From: Cyclobacteriaceae bacterium
Lineage (GTDB): Bacteria; Bacteroidota; Bacteroidia; Cytophagales; Cyclobacteriaceae
Direction of reading: 5' to 3'
DNA: 56,038 nucleotides
Assembly: GCA_044228905.1 (NCBI GenBank)
Contig: JBGATZ010000001.1
Span: forward strand, 1 to 56,038
The position numbers and the translations under genes are program-made. Below the pieces are notes generated by a model. It was given only the letters and a program-made list of their open reading frames with translations. It made no database searches and was not told the DNA's origin. Shown piece by piece: positions 1 to 10,096 of the stretch. Each line of letters begins with the position of its first letter. Within the stretch, counting starts at the first letter, position 1.

Positions 1-861
1 GAAGAGCCAATGACAAACTTAACAGGCAAATGGGATCTTGAAATTGCTTCCGAAGGCAGTGAGCCTAATCATGCTGTTGGACTTTTGAATCAGGCAGGAA
101 GTAAGTTGACAGGAACAATTATGACCACCACAGGTGATTACCGTTACTTTGAAGGATTGGCTGATGGTGATCAGCTTTTACTTTCGGCATTCAGCGGATC
201 ATCTCCCCGATTGATTAAAGGTACCCTGACGGATTCCACTCATTTCATTGCACAGTTTATTTCAGCCGGAGGAATATCAACAATCACTGCAGTGAAAAAC
301 AAAGATGCTTCGCTGCCGGATCCCTACTCACTTACATTCCTTAAAACGAAAGACAGCAAATTTGATTTCACTTTCCCTGATCTAAGTGGGAGACAGGTTT
401 CGCTTAGCGATGAAAAGTATAAAAATAAAGTAGTGGTTGTGACTATACTGGGAAGCTGGTGCCCCAATTGCATGGATGAAAATGCTTTCCTCTCTCCCTG
501 GTATAAAGAGAATAAAGATAAAGGAGTAGAAATTATTGGATTAGCATTTGAACGCAAAGATGATTTTGAATTTGCTAAGGAAAAACTGAATCGTTTCATT
601 AAGCGATACGATATCAGCTATGATATTTTGTTTGCTGGTAAAGCAGACAAGAAGGAAGCAAGCGAAAAACTTCCACAACTCAATGCAGTCCTTTCTTTCC
701 CTACTACTATTCTGATTGATAAGCAGGGCAAGGTGAGAAAAATACATACAGGTTTTACTGGCCCGGCTACGGGAACATACTATGATGAATTTGTCAAGGA
801 ATTCAAAAAGGATGTAGACGAGTTATTGGAGGAAGGAATTGAGGGAGAAAAATCAATTTAA
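1..861 (+). CDS. TlpA/ResA-like thiol-disulfide oxidoreductase (redoxin), 5'-truncated by the window edge
   Basis: ORF 10..861 is open back to position 1. C-terminal thioredoxin fold with a GSWCPNC CxxC motif and an SFPTT cis-Pro loop. Confidence 0.85.
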   Translation, partial: EEPMTNLTGKWDLEIASEGSEPNHAVGLLNQAGSKLTGTIMTTTGDYRYFEGLADGDQLLLSAFSGSSPRLIKGTLTDSTHFIAQFISAGGISTITAVKNKDASLPDPYSLTFLKTKDSKFDFTFPDLSGRQVSLSDEKYKNKVVVVTILGSWCPNCMDENAFLSPWYKENKDKGVEIIGLAFERKDDFEFAKEKLNRFIKRYDISYDILFAGKADKKEASEKLPQLNAVLSFPTTILIDKQGKVRKIHTGFTGPATGTYYDEFVKEFKKDVDELLEEGIEGEKSI

Positions 862-862
862 T

Positions 863-1590
863 ATGCGATCAGAAAATTCAGCCTTATATAATCAAACATA
901 CATTGATCAGGGAAGCGGAGAACCGATTATTTGATTGCACGGCCTTTTCGGAAATCTTGGCGGCTGGAAATCAGTAGTAGATCATTTCAGTAAAGAGTAT
1001 CGGGTAATTATTCCCCGTCTTCCTATTTTCGATGTGCCCCTGCACCAGGCTAACCTTGAAAATTTAAGTGCAATACTCGATGAGTTTTTAGACTGGCATC
1101 AACTCTCGGATGTAACACTCGTTGGTAATTCATCGGGAGGACATCTCGCTTTATTGTATGCGCTCCGGAAACCTCGTAATGTAAAACGATTGATCCTTTC
1201 CGGAAGCTATGGGCTATTTGAAGAACAGAAAGTTAAAGATTTTCAAGGGTGAAGGAAGATGAATTTATTCGGGAGAAAGTGGATTATAAATTTCTCGGTA
1301 AAGTGCATCCTGTTGCACAAGGTGTCCCAAAAACACGATCAACGAATGCACTTTTAAATTTCACGAAACAGAGTGAGGTGTCTTCTGCTTTACATAAAAT
1401 TAAACAACCAGTATTGCTTATCTGGGGATTGCAGGACGACATCACGCCACCGGAAACGGCCTTACACTTTCATGATCTGCTTCCTAATTCAGAATTGAAA
1501 TTCATTGATCAGTGTGGACATGTTCCGATGATGGATCAGCCTCAATTGTTCAATCAGCACCTGAAGGAGTTTTTAATTCTTAATGAGTAG
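863..1590 (+). pseudogene. alpha/beta-fold hydrolase, interrupted (in-frame stop plus frameshift; possibly sequence error)
   Basis: ATG 863 reads MRSENS...GSGEPII, then TGA (932-934), then in-frame LHGLFG. Nucleophile GNSSGG lies in 935..1252. The frame changes near 1245 into 1249..1590, which carries LIWGLQD and CGHVP catalytic Asp/His motifs. Confidence 0.75.
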
Positions 1591-2803
1591 TCACATGGAA
1601 TTGAATTATGTAGCCTTTGTGGTGCCGGCTTTTTTTCTTTTTGTGGGATTGGAATATCTCGCTGCCATCAGATTAAAGAAGGCGCATTATTTTACCTTCG
1701 AAAGCTCCGTTGCGAATATCTCTATTGGCATAGCAGAACGATTAATGAATCTGTTCATCGTTGGTGCTTTCTATTCAGCATTCTATTGGGTGTACGAGAA
1801 TTTTGCACTGTTTCATATTCCCAATCACTGGACAGTCTGGGTTATTCTAATATTGGCTACTGATCTTGTGTGGTACTGGTACCATCGGTTAGGTCATGAA
1901 ATCAATTTTATGTGGGGTGCACACATCGTTCACCATCACAGTGAAGAATTTAATTACACGGTATCAGCGCGCATCACCGTATTTCAGGCATTGGCGCGCA
2001 ATGTATTCTGGTGCATTCTCCCGTTGATTGGATTTCATCCGTCCATGGTGATTGCCATGCTGGTGATTCATGGAACATATTCCTTCTTTACACACACACG
2101 ACTAGTTGGAAAATTGGGATGGCTGGAAAATATTCTGATTACCCCTTCGCATCATGGAGTGCATCATGCCTCCAACGAAAAATACCTGAACAAGAACTAC
2201 GGGGATATTTTTATCTTCTGGGATAAACTGTTTGGTACTTATCAGGTAGAAGAGGAACAACCGGTTTATGGATTGACGCATCCGATTAAAAGCAATAGCT
2301 TTCTGTGGCAACATTTTCATTATTTCATGGAAATGATTGAAGCCATGCGCAGGGCAGAAGGATTGAAAGCTAAATTGAAAATCTTCTTTGGGAAGCCGGA
2401 AGATCTGGATCAGAACATCCGCAAAGACCTGGAAGCAAAATTTCTTCCGCATAAGAAAGAAGTCGTTCGACCTACTTTTCGTTTTAGAGCATACCTGGAC
2501 ACTCAGATTGTACTCACCTTAGCGCTGCTATTCTTTTTCATCCTGTTTATTCATTATTTCGGAACGGCAGAGAAATGGCTGATCTCATCATTGATTTTGA
2601 TTACACTGATTAACTGCGGAGCGCTTCTTGAAAAGAGGAAATGGCTTTTCTTTATTGAATACATTCGCCTGTTGTTAATCACGGGTATGATCAGTTATGA
2701 ATTTGAAAGCCCCGAATTTTTTGTGGTATCCTTGATCTTTGTACTGGTCAGTTCAAGCTCATTCCCGGTACAGAAGTGGTATTTCAGATTTGTGTATAAA
2801 TGA
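1583..2803 (+). CDS. sterol desaturase / alkylglycerol monooxygenase-like membrane di-iron enzyme
   Basis: His boxes YWYHRLGH, HIVHHHS, FFTHT and HHGVHH plus several TM helices. The real start may be ATG 1595. Confidence 0.85.
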   Translation: MSSHMELNYVAFVVPAFFLFVGLEYLAAIRLKKAHYFTFESSVANISIGIAERLMNLFIVGAFYSAFYWVYENFALFHIPNHWTVWVILILATDLVWYWYHRLGHEINFMWGAHIVHHHSEEFNYTVSARITVFQALARNVFWCILPLIGFHPSMVIAMLVIHGTYSFFTHTRLVGKLGWLENILITPSHHGVHHASNEKYLNKNYGDIFIFWDKLFGTYQVEEEQPVYGLTHPIKSNSFLWQHFHYFMEMIEAMRRAEGLKAKLKIFFGKPEDLDQNIRKDLEAKFLPHKKEVVRPTFRFRAYLDTQIVLTLALLFFFILFIHYFGTAEKWLISSLILITLINCGALLEKRKWLFFIEYIRLLLITGMISYEFESPEFFVVSLIFVLVSSSSFPVQKWYFRFVYK

Positions 2804-2833
2804 CATCAGCTGACATAATCCAACAGGAGTTGA

Positions 2834-3454
2834 TTATCTATTGTTTGAGCGCTCGTAAAGCTCAAACTCTTCTTTGGACAGGATTACTTTGTAATACTCT
2901 CTTTGCTTAATGCGTTCTAACTCCGGATTGCGTGGATCATTCACATAGTCTTCATAAGCCCTCACGTAATCGGGATAATTCCGGTATTGTAGCCTGACGA
3001 TTGATAAACCAGAGGTGAAGAGCAAAGTGATTCCAATGACCCCGCTGATCACCGCCCGGATAACAATTGGCTTTGCACTGGTATTCTTTTTTGTAACCAG
3101 AATTAAAGCAATGATCAGAATAATTATTGCCATACCTGATCCTGTGATCAGCATGGTTCCGGCTCCCGCGAAATAAAATAATTTAAATAGTGAGCCAATA
3201 CAAATAATGGAAAAAGATAACCCAGCCAAGGATGCAAAGATGATTTGACCCGCTGAGGCTTGTATATAAGCTCCCTTCTTGAAAATATTCCGAAGTCTGA
3301 TCTGACTAAAAAAGAGAAAGCCAAGTGGAAAGTAAATACAGGAAAGGAGTACGGTTGCCCATAATAGAAGTGATTCACCCCCGGAGACCAGATTAAATTT
3401 TAGGAGCAAGGCAATAATTATTATGCCTACCAGAATTTTTTCAGTCAGTCTCAT
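2834..3454 (-). CDS. hypothetical integral membrane protein (~5 TM)
   Basis: 206-aa ORF with hydrophobic helices and an IGSLFKL..F.GAG.MLI.G segment resembling the GldL N-terminal-type repeat. Confidence 0.65.
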   Translation of the reverse strand: MRLTEKILVGIIIIALLLKFNLVSGGESLLLWATVLLSCIYFPLGFLFFSQIRLRNIFKKGAYIQASAGQIIFASLAGLSFSIICIGSLFKLFYFAGAGTMLITGSGMAIIILIIALILVTKKNTSAKPIVIRAVISGVIGITLLFTSGLSIVRLQYRNYPDYVRAYEDYVNDPRNPELERIKQREYYKVILSKEEFELYERSNNR

Positions 3455-3488
3455 AGTTGAGGAGGTATCTCACTAAGATAAACTGATT

Positions 3489-4058
3489 CTAAACCTTATC
3501 CAATGGCTTCCTCTTGAGCTGACCGATCTTTTTCACCTGACTTGGTGTCAATCCCGTCACTTTCTTGAATTGAGTAGATAAATGTTGTACACTGCTGTAG
3601 TTAAGCTGATGTGCGATTTCACTGAGCGAGCGCTCGTCATATACCAATAATTCCTTCACCAGTTCTATTTTCTGATGAATGAGGTATTGTTCGATAGTTG
3701 TTCCTTCTACACCTGAGAATAGATTACTCAGATAGTTATAATCTTTCGAGAGTCTGTCGGCAAGGTAAGCAGAGAATTTTAGTTTCCGGTTTTTGTTTTC
3801 TTCTTCTCGTACCCAGCGAAGCACGATGTGTTTGATTTGATTAACTAACCGGGCGGATTTATCTTCAATTAATTCAAATCCTAATGTTTCTATCGATTCC
3901 CTGAATGACTGAAGCTGATTTTCAGAAGGAGATACACTAAGTTCTATTTCTCCCAGATCAATATGATGATAAGTAATCTGATTTCTATCTAGTTCTTTCT
4001 TTACGGCAGCTTTGCAGCGGTCGCACACCATATTCTTTATGAAGAGTTTATTGGTCAT
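3489..4058 (-). CDS. AraC-family regulator with N-terminal HMA-like metal-binding domain
   Basis: IKNMVCDRC motif and a C-terminal AraC HTH (SLSEIAHQLNYSSVQHLSTQFKKVTGLTPS). ATG at 4058 overlaps the asnB stop (TAATG). Confidence 0.85.
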   Translation of the reverse strand: MTNKLFIKNMVCDRCKAAVKKELDRNQITYHHIDLGEIELSVSPSENQLQSFRESIETLGFELIEDKSARLVNQIKHIVLRWVREEENKNRKLKFSAYLADRLSKDYNYLSNLFSGVEGTTIEQYLIHQKIELVKELLVYDERSLSEIAHQLNYSSVQHLSTQFKKVTGLTPSQVKKIGQLKRKPLDKV

Positions 4059-5965
4059 TATTGAGCGAGGTATTTCTTCCACCACCATTGAAATACAATC
4101 AATCCCCAAATGCGTGCATGCACATCGCCCGGATTGGACGAGAAGAGTTGTTGCTTGAGTTTATTTATTTCGTTGTAATCGAAGATGCCTTGTTCTTTAA
4201 TCAGTTTTTCAGAGAGCAGGTCATCATTGATTAATGATCTCATCTCATTTCTAAACCATTTCAGCAACGGAACTTCAAATCCTTTCTTTGGTCGCTTGTA
4301 TAATTTCTGAGGCAACAGATCACGGAATGCATCCTGCAAAATTCGCTTCCTGATTTCTCCGTTAATTTTAAAATGAGCAGGCAGACTGAATATGAAATCA
4401 ACTACTTCATAATCAAGAAATGGAACACGTACTTCCAATCCGTTGGCCATGCTCATCAAATCTACTTTGGTAAGCATGTCGTTGGGCAGAACAAGATGAG
4501 TATCTGCTAAAAGAATATCGTTGATGTTCTCTTTAGTTGGAATATCGGCAAGTAAAGTTTCTTTGCGTTCTTTGTACTCCTGTACAGCTAGCTGCTGCTT
4601 TGAAGTTTCGTTGAAAAGATTCGCTGCTTCATTTTCTTTCGCGAAGCCAGCCCATTGCCAGTACCTTTCTTTGGAGTCGAGCTTCATGCCTTCACCAAAG
4701 CGGGCAAGTTGCCTGAATTTATTTGCCAGAGGATTACTGCGCGATTGTGGCATCGCTTTCCAAAACGGAAGAAGTACTCCAACTGCATTTTCTTTCCATC
4801 CAGGATTAATGGTTCGATAAAACGCAGCGTGCTTATTGTATCCGGCAAGCAGTTCATCGGCTCCGTCACCTGATAAAGCAACAGTAGCATGCCTGCGTGT
4901 TTCTTTGCTTAAAATATAAACCGCAATGGCAGATGAGTCTGCAAAGGGTTCATCAATGTAATCTAAAATTGAGTGAACGTGTTTATACAGGTCATCATTT
5001 GTTAATGAGAAAACGGTATGTTCTGTTTTGAAATGATCAGCCACTAAACTGGCGTACTCGGTTTCATCAAAGAACTTCTCATCTTTAAACCCGATAGAAA
5101 AGGTGTGAAGATTAGCCTTATGCTTTGAAGCCAGACCTGTTACCACGGAAGAATCAATTCCACCACTTAAGAAAGAACCTAAAGGAACATCAGCAACTAA
5201 TCTTCGTTGCACAGATGCTTCGAGCAATGATTTTAGTTTCTCCTTTGCCGTTTCATAATCCAGAGAATTGCCTTCTGCTTTCGCTGAATTATAGGGGATG
5301 CTATACCATTTCGTGATATTGATCTTGCCACCGCTTACTTTGATCCAATGTCCCGGTAACAGCTTCTTTACTTTTTTGAAAATGGTATTCGGTGCCGGAA
5401 TATAATTGAGTTGCAGATAGGTGTATAACGATGAGTAATCAATCTCTTTGTCAATACCATACTGGATGATCGACTTCATTTCTGAGGCGAAAAGGAATTT
5501 ATCCTCATCACATACATAAAGAAGAGGCTTGATGCCGAAACGGTCACGAGCTACAAAAAGCGTATCTTCTTGCTTGTCGTAAATGCTGAAAGCAAAAAAA
5601 CCATTTAATCTATTGAGACAGTTTTCTTTTTCCTGGATATAAAGTTGGAGAAGAACTTCTGTATCAGATTCTGTGGAAAAGGAAATACCTTTTTGAATTA
5701 AAGCAGCTTTTAATTCCTTGTAATTGAAAATCTCGCCATTGAAGATGATGCAATACCGTTTGGTTTCATCCCACATGGGTTGATTGGCAACATTACGTGT
5801 ATCAATAATGGATAATCTGCGGTGGCCCAGGCAAACAAAATCTCCAAAATAAATATCCTGGAAATCAGGACCGCGTTTACTCAATGCATTGGTAGCTGCA
5901 TTGATATTGATCTTATTGAACTTGCCTACAAGGTTAAATGCAAAAATTCCAGTGATTCCGCACAC
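4058..5965 (-). CDS. asnB: asparagine synthase (glutamine-hydrolyzing) family amidotransferase
   Basis: N-terminal MCGI Ntn nucleophile; RGPD, HRRLSIID, FNGEIFN, LSGGIDSS, LSGDGADE and EVRVPFLD motifs. Confidence 0.93.
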   Translation of the reverse strand: MCGITGIFAFNLVGKFNKININAATNALSKRGPDFQDIYFGDFVCLGHRRLSIIDTRNVANQPMWDETKRYCIIFNGEIFNYKELKAALIQKGISFSTESDTEVLLQLYIQEKENCLNRLNGFFAFSIYDKQEDTLFVARDRFGIKPLLYVCDEDKFLFASEMKSIIQYGIDKEIDYSSLYTYLQLNYIPAPNTIFKKVKKLLPGHWIKVSGGKINITKWYSIPYNSAKAEGNSLDYETAKEKLKSLLEASVQRRLVADVPLGSFLSGGIDSSVVTGLASKHKANLHTFSIGFKDEKFFDETEYASLVADHFKTEHTVFSLTNDDLYKHVHSILDYIDEPFADSSAIAVYILSKETRRHATVALSGDGADELLAGYNKHAAFYRTINPGWKENAVGVLLPFWKAMPQSRSNPLANKFRQLARFGEGMKLDSKERYWQWAGFAKENEAANLFNETSKQQLAVQEYKERKETLLADIPTKENINDILLADTHLVLPNDMLTKVDLMSMANGLEVRVPFLDYEVVDFIFSLPAHFKINGEIRKRILQDAFRDLLPQKLYKRPKKGFEVPLLKWFRNEMRSLINDDLLSEKLIKEQGIFDYNEINKLKQQLFSSNPGDVHARIWGLIVFQWWWKKYLAQ

Positions 5966-6060
5966 GTGCCGAAGAGTTTAAGAGACAAAGTTCAGTGTTT
6001 GGTACGGGGTATGCAAATGAAAAGCCGCCTCAAAAAGAGTAGTGTTCAATGTTAGAAACC

Positions 6061-6111
6061 TGTCAGCCTGAGCCTGTCGAAGGCCAAGGTTTCGACAGGC
6101 TCAGGCTGACA
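6061..6111. repeat. REP-like palindromic repeat, copy 1
   Basis: TGTCAGCCTGAGCCTGTCGAA-ggccaaggt-TTCGACAGGCTCAGGCTGACA, a perfect 21-bp inverted repeat. Related copies at 17293, 24016 and 32145. Confidence 0.85.
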
Positions 6112-6144
6112 CGGTCTTTTTTGGGCGGCTTTATTATCGAATGA

Positions 6145-6897
6145 CTACAAAGTCTTCACAAACAAATTCTTAAACCACACTTCACCACCATGATCCTGAA
6201 GATCGAAATAACCTTTCTTAGCTTTTCCGTAACCCGGAAATTCTTTCCATTTACTTCCTGCTACTGTTTTCTTCCAGTCATCAGATTCAAATTCATACTC
6301 CAATACTTTTGATCCATTGAGCCAGTGTTCTGCATGATTTCCGTTCACGACAATCTTCCCTGTGTTCCACTGTCCTGCGGGATTCATTGTTTTAACGGGA
6401 GCAGGATGCATGTCATAATTCGCAGATGATAATTGCGTTGGTTTCAATGCATCCGGATAACCGGCATCATCGATTACCTGATATTCCGGTCCGGAACCAT
6501 AAGGCACATCATATTCTTCTGTTACTTTAAACATTACACCACTATTGTGTTTAGGTGCGATCTTCCAATCGAACGTGAACTCAAAATTTTCAAATTCTTC
6601 TGTAGTGCGGATGTCTGCACGCTTATCTGCGGTCGTATCTTCCGGAGATTTGCAGTGCAATGTTCCTTCTGCCACTTCCCAGCTATTGTTTTCTTTTCCT
6701 TTGAACGTCACCCAGCCGTTCATGGACTGACCATCAAATAATGATTTCCATCCTTCAGCTTTCTGTGCTTCGGTTAATGTGTTATCAGTAGAGACAGGTG
6801 CTGCTACCACTGTGGAATCAGCAGTTGATTCCGATTTTTTGGTGCCGCACGATGCTAATACGAAAGCAACCGCAGCAAGTCCAAGTAATTTCTTCAT
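6145..6897 (-). CDS. DUF1080 (3-keto-disaccharide hydrolase-like) lipoprotein
   Basis: Lipobox VLASC; GWKSLFDG, NSGVMF, GPEYQVID, WNTGKI and LQDHG..VWFKN motifs. Confidence 0.88.
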   Translation of the reverse strand: MKKLLGLAAVAFVLASCGTKKSESTADSTVVAAPVSTDNTLTEAQKAEGWKSLFDGQSMNGWVTFKGKENNSWEVAEGTLHCKSPEDTTADKRADIRTTEEFENFEFTFDWKIAPKHNSGVMFKVTEEYDVPYGSGPEYQVIDDAGYPDALKPTQLSSANYDMHPAPVKTMNPAGQWNTGKIVVNGNHAEHWLNGSKVLEYEFESDDWKKTVAGSKWKEFPGYGKAKKGYFDLQDHGGEVWFKNLFVKTL

Positions 6898-6925
6898 AAT
6901 TTTTGGTTTTAGTTCTATTAAAAAT

Positions 6926-6956
6926 AAAAAACGTCTGCGAGAACAGACGTTTTTTG
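6926..6956 (-). terminator. intrinsic terminator after the FAD oxidoreductase gene
   Basis: AAAAAACGTCTG-cgagaa-CAGACGTTTTTT hairpin flanked by A/T tracts. Confidence 0.65.
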
Positions 6957-6978
6957 TGATGAAAGGATAGCTCCAATA

Positions 6979-8415
6979 TTAAAAGATCTTCCCAGGATTC
7001 AGGATGCCATTCGGATCAAATACTTTCTTTATTCCACGCATGAGTTCCAGATTTACTGCACCTAACGCGATTGACATGTACGGACGTTTCGCAATTCCAA
7101 TTCCATGCTCACCAGATAATGTTCCGCCAAGACTTACAGTCAGCTTAAAGATCTCACCAATGCCTTCTGGAATTTTTGTTTCCCAGTCTTCACTGCTGAT
7201 GTTTTCACGGAGGATGTTTACGTGAAGATTTCCATCACCTAAATGGCCAAAGCAAACTGTATTGAATCCGTACGCTTTACCAATTTCTTTAATGCCACTG
7301 ATGAGTTTAGGCATATTCGAACGTGGTACAACTACATCATCCGATTTAGTCAAGGTGTACCAGTTTACTGCCGGAGAGATGTTCTTTCTGATTTTCCAGA
7401 GTTCTTCTTTTTGTGCAGCGCTATCGGCAAATAAGACCTCTCCAGATTGAAACTGTTCAACCACACCCATCACACGTTCCGCATCGCGCATTAATACTTC
7501 TTCATCGTTACCATCCAGTTCGCATAACAGGTAAGCGTTCATGCCTTCTGTAAGCTTCGTAGTGACAGGGCTGTTCAATACTTTCTCACAATATTCAAAT
7601 GTTTTGAAAGCAGCTTCTTTTTCAAAAAACTCGCAACCTGATGGCTGAATCCCTGCAACGAAGATGGCAGCAATCGCTTTGCATGCTTCTTCATTCGTAA
7701 CAAACGGAATCATCATCAATACATTCTTCTGAGGAAAGCCTCTCAGCTTGAAAACGATTTTGGTCACGACACCCAATGTGCCTTCGCTTCCGCACATGAG
7801 TTGAGTGAGGTTATAACCAGTTGAGTTTTTCAAAACGTTGGCAGCGGTCCAGATGATTTCACCGGTAGGTAACACCACTTCAATGTTAAGTACATAGTCG
7901 CGTGTAACTCCGTACTTCACTGCTTTTGGTCCACCTGAGTTGTTGGATAAATTTCCACCAATAAAGCAGGAACCTTTACTTGCCGGATCGGGAGGATAAA
8001 ATAGTCCTTTCGCTTTTACCGCATTCTGAAATACTTCGGTGATTACTCCTGGTTCAACGGTAGCCTGAAGATTGAGTTCATCGATATCTAAAATCTTGTT
8101 GAAGCGCTCCATCGATAATACCACACCATGATGAGTTGGAATTGCGCCACCCGCAAGGCCAGTACCGGCACCGCGAGGGCTTACAGGAATTTTAAATTGA
8201 TTACATACTTTAAGTACTTCGCTTACTTCCTGAGCGTTAGCTGGTTTAACTACCACTGACGGCATAAAAAAGTAGTCTTCAGTCTTGTCATGAGCATAAT
8301 CCTGCTTTTTGTCATCATCAATCAGCACGTATTCAGGGCCAACAATGGCATGAAACTGGCTGATGATTTCCGGGCTTACTACAACAGAAGGCTGCATCAC
8401 TTTAGCGTATCCCAT
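6979..8415 (-). CDS. FAD-linked 2-hydroxy-acid oxidase/dehydrogenase (GlcD / D-lactate dehydrogenase family)
   Basis: PRGAGTGLAGG, YPPDPAS, GSEGTLG, FGHLGDGNLH, LSGEHGIG and FDPNGILNPGK motifs. Confidence 0.9.
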   Translation of the reverse strand: MGYAKVMQPSVVVSPEIISQFHAIVGPEYVLIDDDKKQDYAHDKTEDYFFMPSVVVKPANAQEVSEVLKVCNQFKIPVSPRGAGTGLAGGAIPTHHGVVLSMERFNKILDIDELNLQATVEPGVITEVFQNAVKAKGLFYPPDPASKGSCFIGGNLSNNSGGPKAVKYGVTRDYVLNIEVVLPTGEIIWTAANVLKNSTGYNLTQLMCGSEGTLGVVTKIVFKLRGFPQKNVLMMIPFVTNEEACKAIAAIFVAGIQPSGCEFFEKEAAFKTFEYCEKVLNSPVTTKLTEGMNAYLLCELDGNDEEVLMRDAERVMGVVEQFQSGEVLFADSAAQKEELWKIRKNISPAVNWYTLTKSDDVVVPRSNMPKLISGIKEIGKAYGFNTVCFGHLGDGNLHVNILRENISSEDWETKIPEGIGEIFKLTVSLGGTLSGEHGIGIAKRPYMSIALGAVNLELMRGIKKVFDPNGILNPGKIF

Positions 8416-8430
8416 GGATAATGTAAATTT

Positions 8431-8949
8431 GTGTTAGTTATGATTCAATTACGAAGCCTCAAAATTAAAGAAATACAACCTCAAAGGCTCCTTCTTTTCT
8501 GTTTCATTTTAATCCTTTTGAGCGGATGTGCGGCCTCCAGGAAAGCTAGAATACGTGATCAACAGGTTGATTCTGTGATTAAAGCAGCACGTACATTCGT
8601 TGGGACACCTTATAAATACGGAGGCACCACCCGCTCTGGTATGGACTGCTCGGGATTGACAGGTAATGCGTATCGTGCTATTGAGATCTCATTGCCGCGT
8701 TCTGCGGATGGACAATCGGTTGTGGGAGAAAAAATAAAGATGGACGACCTGATTCCGGGTGATCTTGTGTTCTTCGCGACTGGAAAGAAAAAGAAGCAGA
8801 TCACACATGTGGGCATCGTTACCGAAGTAAAGGGGAAAAACAACGTAAAATTCATCCATGCTTCAACTACGTTAGGTGTAGTTGAGACCAATCTCTATTC
8901 AGAGTATTATCAGAAGCGCTTTCGCTTGGCCCGGAGAGTGATTGATTAA
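8431..8949 (+). CDS. NlpC/P60 (C40) cell-wall peptidase lipoprotein
   Basis: Lipobox LSGC; PYKYGG, DCSG, GDLVFF, HVGI and FIHAS motifs. The start may lie slightly downstream. Confidence 0.9.
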   Translation: MLVMIQLRSLKIKEIQPQRLLLFCFILILLSGCAASRKARIRDQQVDSVIKAARTFVGTPYKYGGTTRSGMDCSGLTGNAYRAIEISLPRSADGQSVVGEKIKMDDLIPGDLVFFATGKKKKQITHVGIVTEVKGKNNVKFIHASTTLGVVETNLYSEYYQKRFRLARRVID

Positions 8950-9075
8950 AACCATCTCAAAAATCCGATAAGCAAGTCTGTTCGTTTCGGTCTTTGAACC
9001 GGAATCCCATTCGGTATTGCTTCCTGGGGATCATGGATCAATTCCGTGATGACAATAGATTTTTGGGATGGTTTT
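8948..9075. repeat. 128-bp element with terminal inverted repeats (MITE/REPIN-like)
   Basis: AAAACCATCTCAAAAATC (8948-8965) pairs with GATTTTTGGGATGGTTTT (9058-9075), 17/18 match. The interior looks like a degenerate REP doublet. Confidence 0.6.
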
Positions 9076-9124
9076 CTGATCCGGAATTTTACTCTTACTT
9101 TTTGACTCGCATTAACCTTGGCCT

Positions 9125-10096
9125 ATGAAAACCTCACGCAGAAAATTTCTTCAACTTGGCGGAACACTCGCCTCCGTTTTTTCATTTGATTCTTTATTCG
9201 GTAAACCCGCACCCGTTGCTACAAAACCATTGGTAATATCTACCTGGGATTTTGGTAAAGGAGCCAATGCCGAAGCATGGAAAGTATTGTCAGCTGATGG
9301 GCGCGCGTTGGATGCGGTGGAAAAAGGAGTTCAGGTTCCGGAAGGAGATCCAAAAGAAACTTCTGTTGGATTGGGGGGCTTGTCCGATCGTGATGGTCGC
9401 GTGACATTGGATGCGTGTATCATGGATGAGAATGCCAACATCGGTTCGGTGGCCTGTCTCGAGCATATCGTTCATCCTATCTCCGTAGCGCGTAAAGTAA
9501 TGGAGAAGACACCACACGTGATGCTGGTAGGAGATGGAGCATTGCAATTTGCTTTGGCGAATGGATTCAAGAAAGAGAACTTACTCACAACGGAATCAGA
9601 GAAAGCCTGGAAGGAGTGGTTGAAGACTGCGAAATATAAGCCCGTTGCCAATATCGAGAATCACGATACGATAGGCATGCTGGCATTAGATAGCAAACAA
9701 AATCTTTCAGGCGCATGCACTACCAGTGGGATGGCGTATAAACTGCACGGCAGAGTAGGAGATTCACCAATTATTGGAGCAGGTTTGTTTGTGGATAATG
9801 AAATCGGAGCGGCAACTTCTACGGGTGTAGGCGAGGAAGTGATCCGTATTGTTGGTTCACATTTGGTTGTTGAACTCATGCGGCAAGGACTTACTCCTCA
9901 GCAAGCATGTGAAGCGGCAGTGAAACGTGTAGTGAAGAATCAACCGGAAAAATCGAAAGAGATTCAGGTTGGATTTCTGGCAATCAATAAGAACGGTGAA
10001 TACGGAGCGTATGCGTTGCAGAAGGGTTTTACGTATGCATTGTATTCCAACGAAATCCCAAATCAAATATTCAAATCAGAAAGCTATTACAAGTGA
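9125..10096 (+). CDS. N(4)-(beta-N-acetylglucosaminyl)-L-asparaginase (glycosylasparaginase), Tat-exported
   Basis: SRRKFL Tat motif; HD|TIG autocleavage site; GRVGDSPIIGAG and TGVGE motifs of the asparaginase_2 family. Confidence 0.9.
   Translation: MKTSRRKFLQLGGTLASVFSFDSLFGKPAPVATKPLVISTWDFGKGANAEAWKVLSADGRALDAVEKGVQVPEGDPKETSVGLGGLSDRDGRVTLDACIMDENANIGSVACLEHIVHPISVARKVMEKTPHVMLVGDGALQFALANGFKKENLLTTESEKAWKEWLKTAKYKPVANIENHDTIGMLALDSKQNLSGACTTSGMAYKLHGRVGDSPIIGAGLFVDNEIGAATSTGVGEEVIRIVGSHLVVELMRQGLTPQQACEAAVKRVVKNQPEKSKEIQVGFLAINKNGEYGAYALQKGFTYALYSNEIPNQIFKSESYYK

Noticed and set aside
932-934. In-frame TGA as selenocysteine or genetic-code reassignment
   Set aside because: The position corresponds to a hydrophobic residue (xxLHG), TGA ends many intact genes here, and the same gene has a second lesion.
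4058-6140. Lasso-peptide cluster around the asnB-like gene
   Set aside because: The enzyme has an intact glutaminase domain, and no precursor, B1 or B2 genes are nearby.
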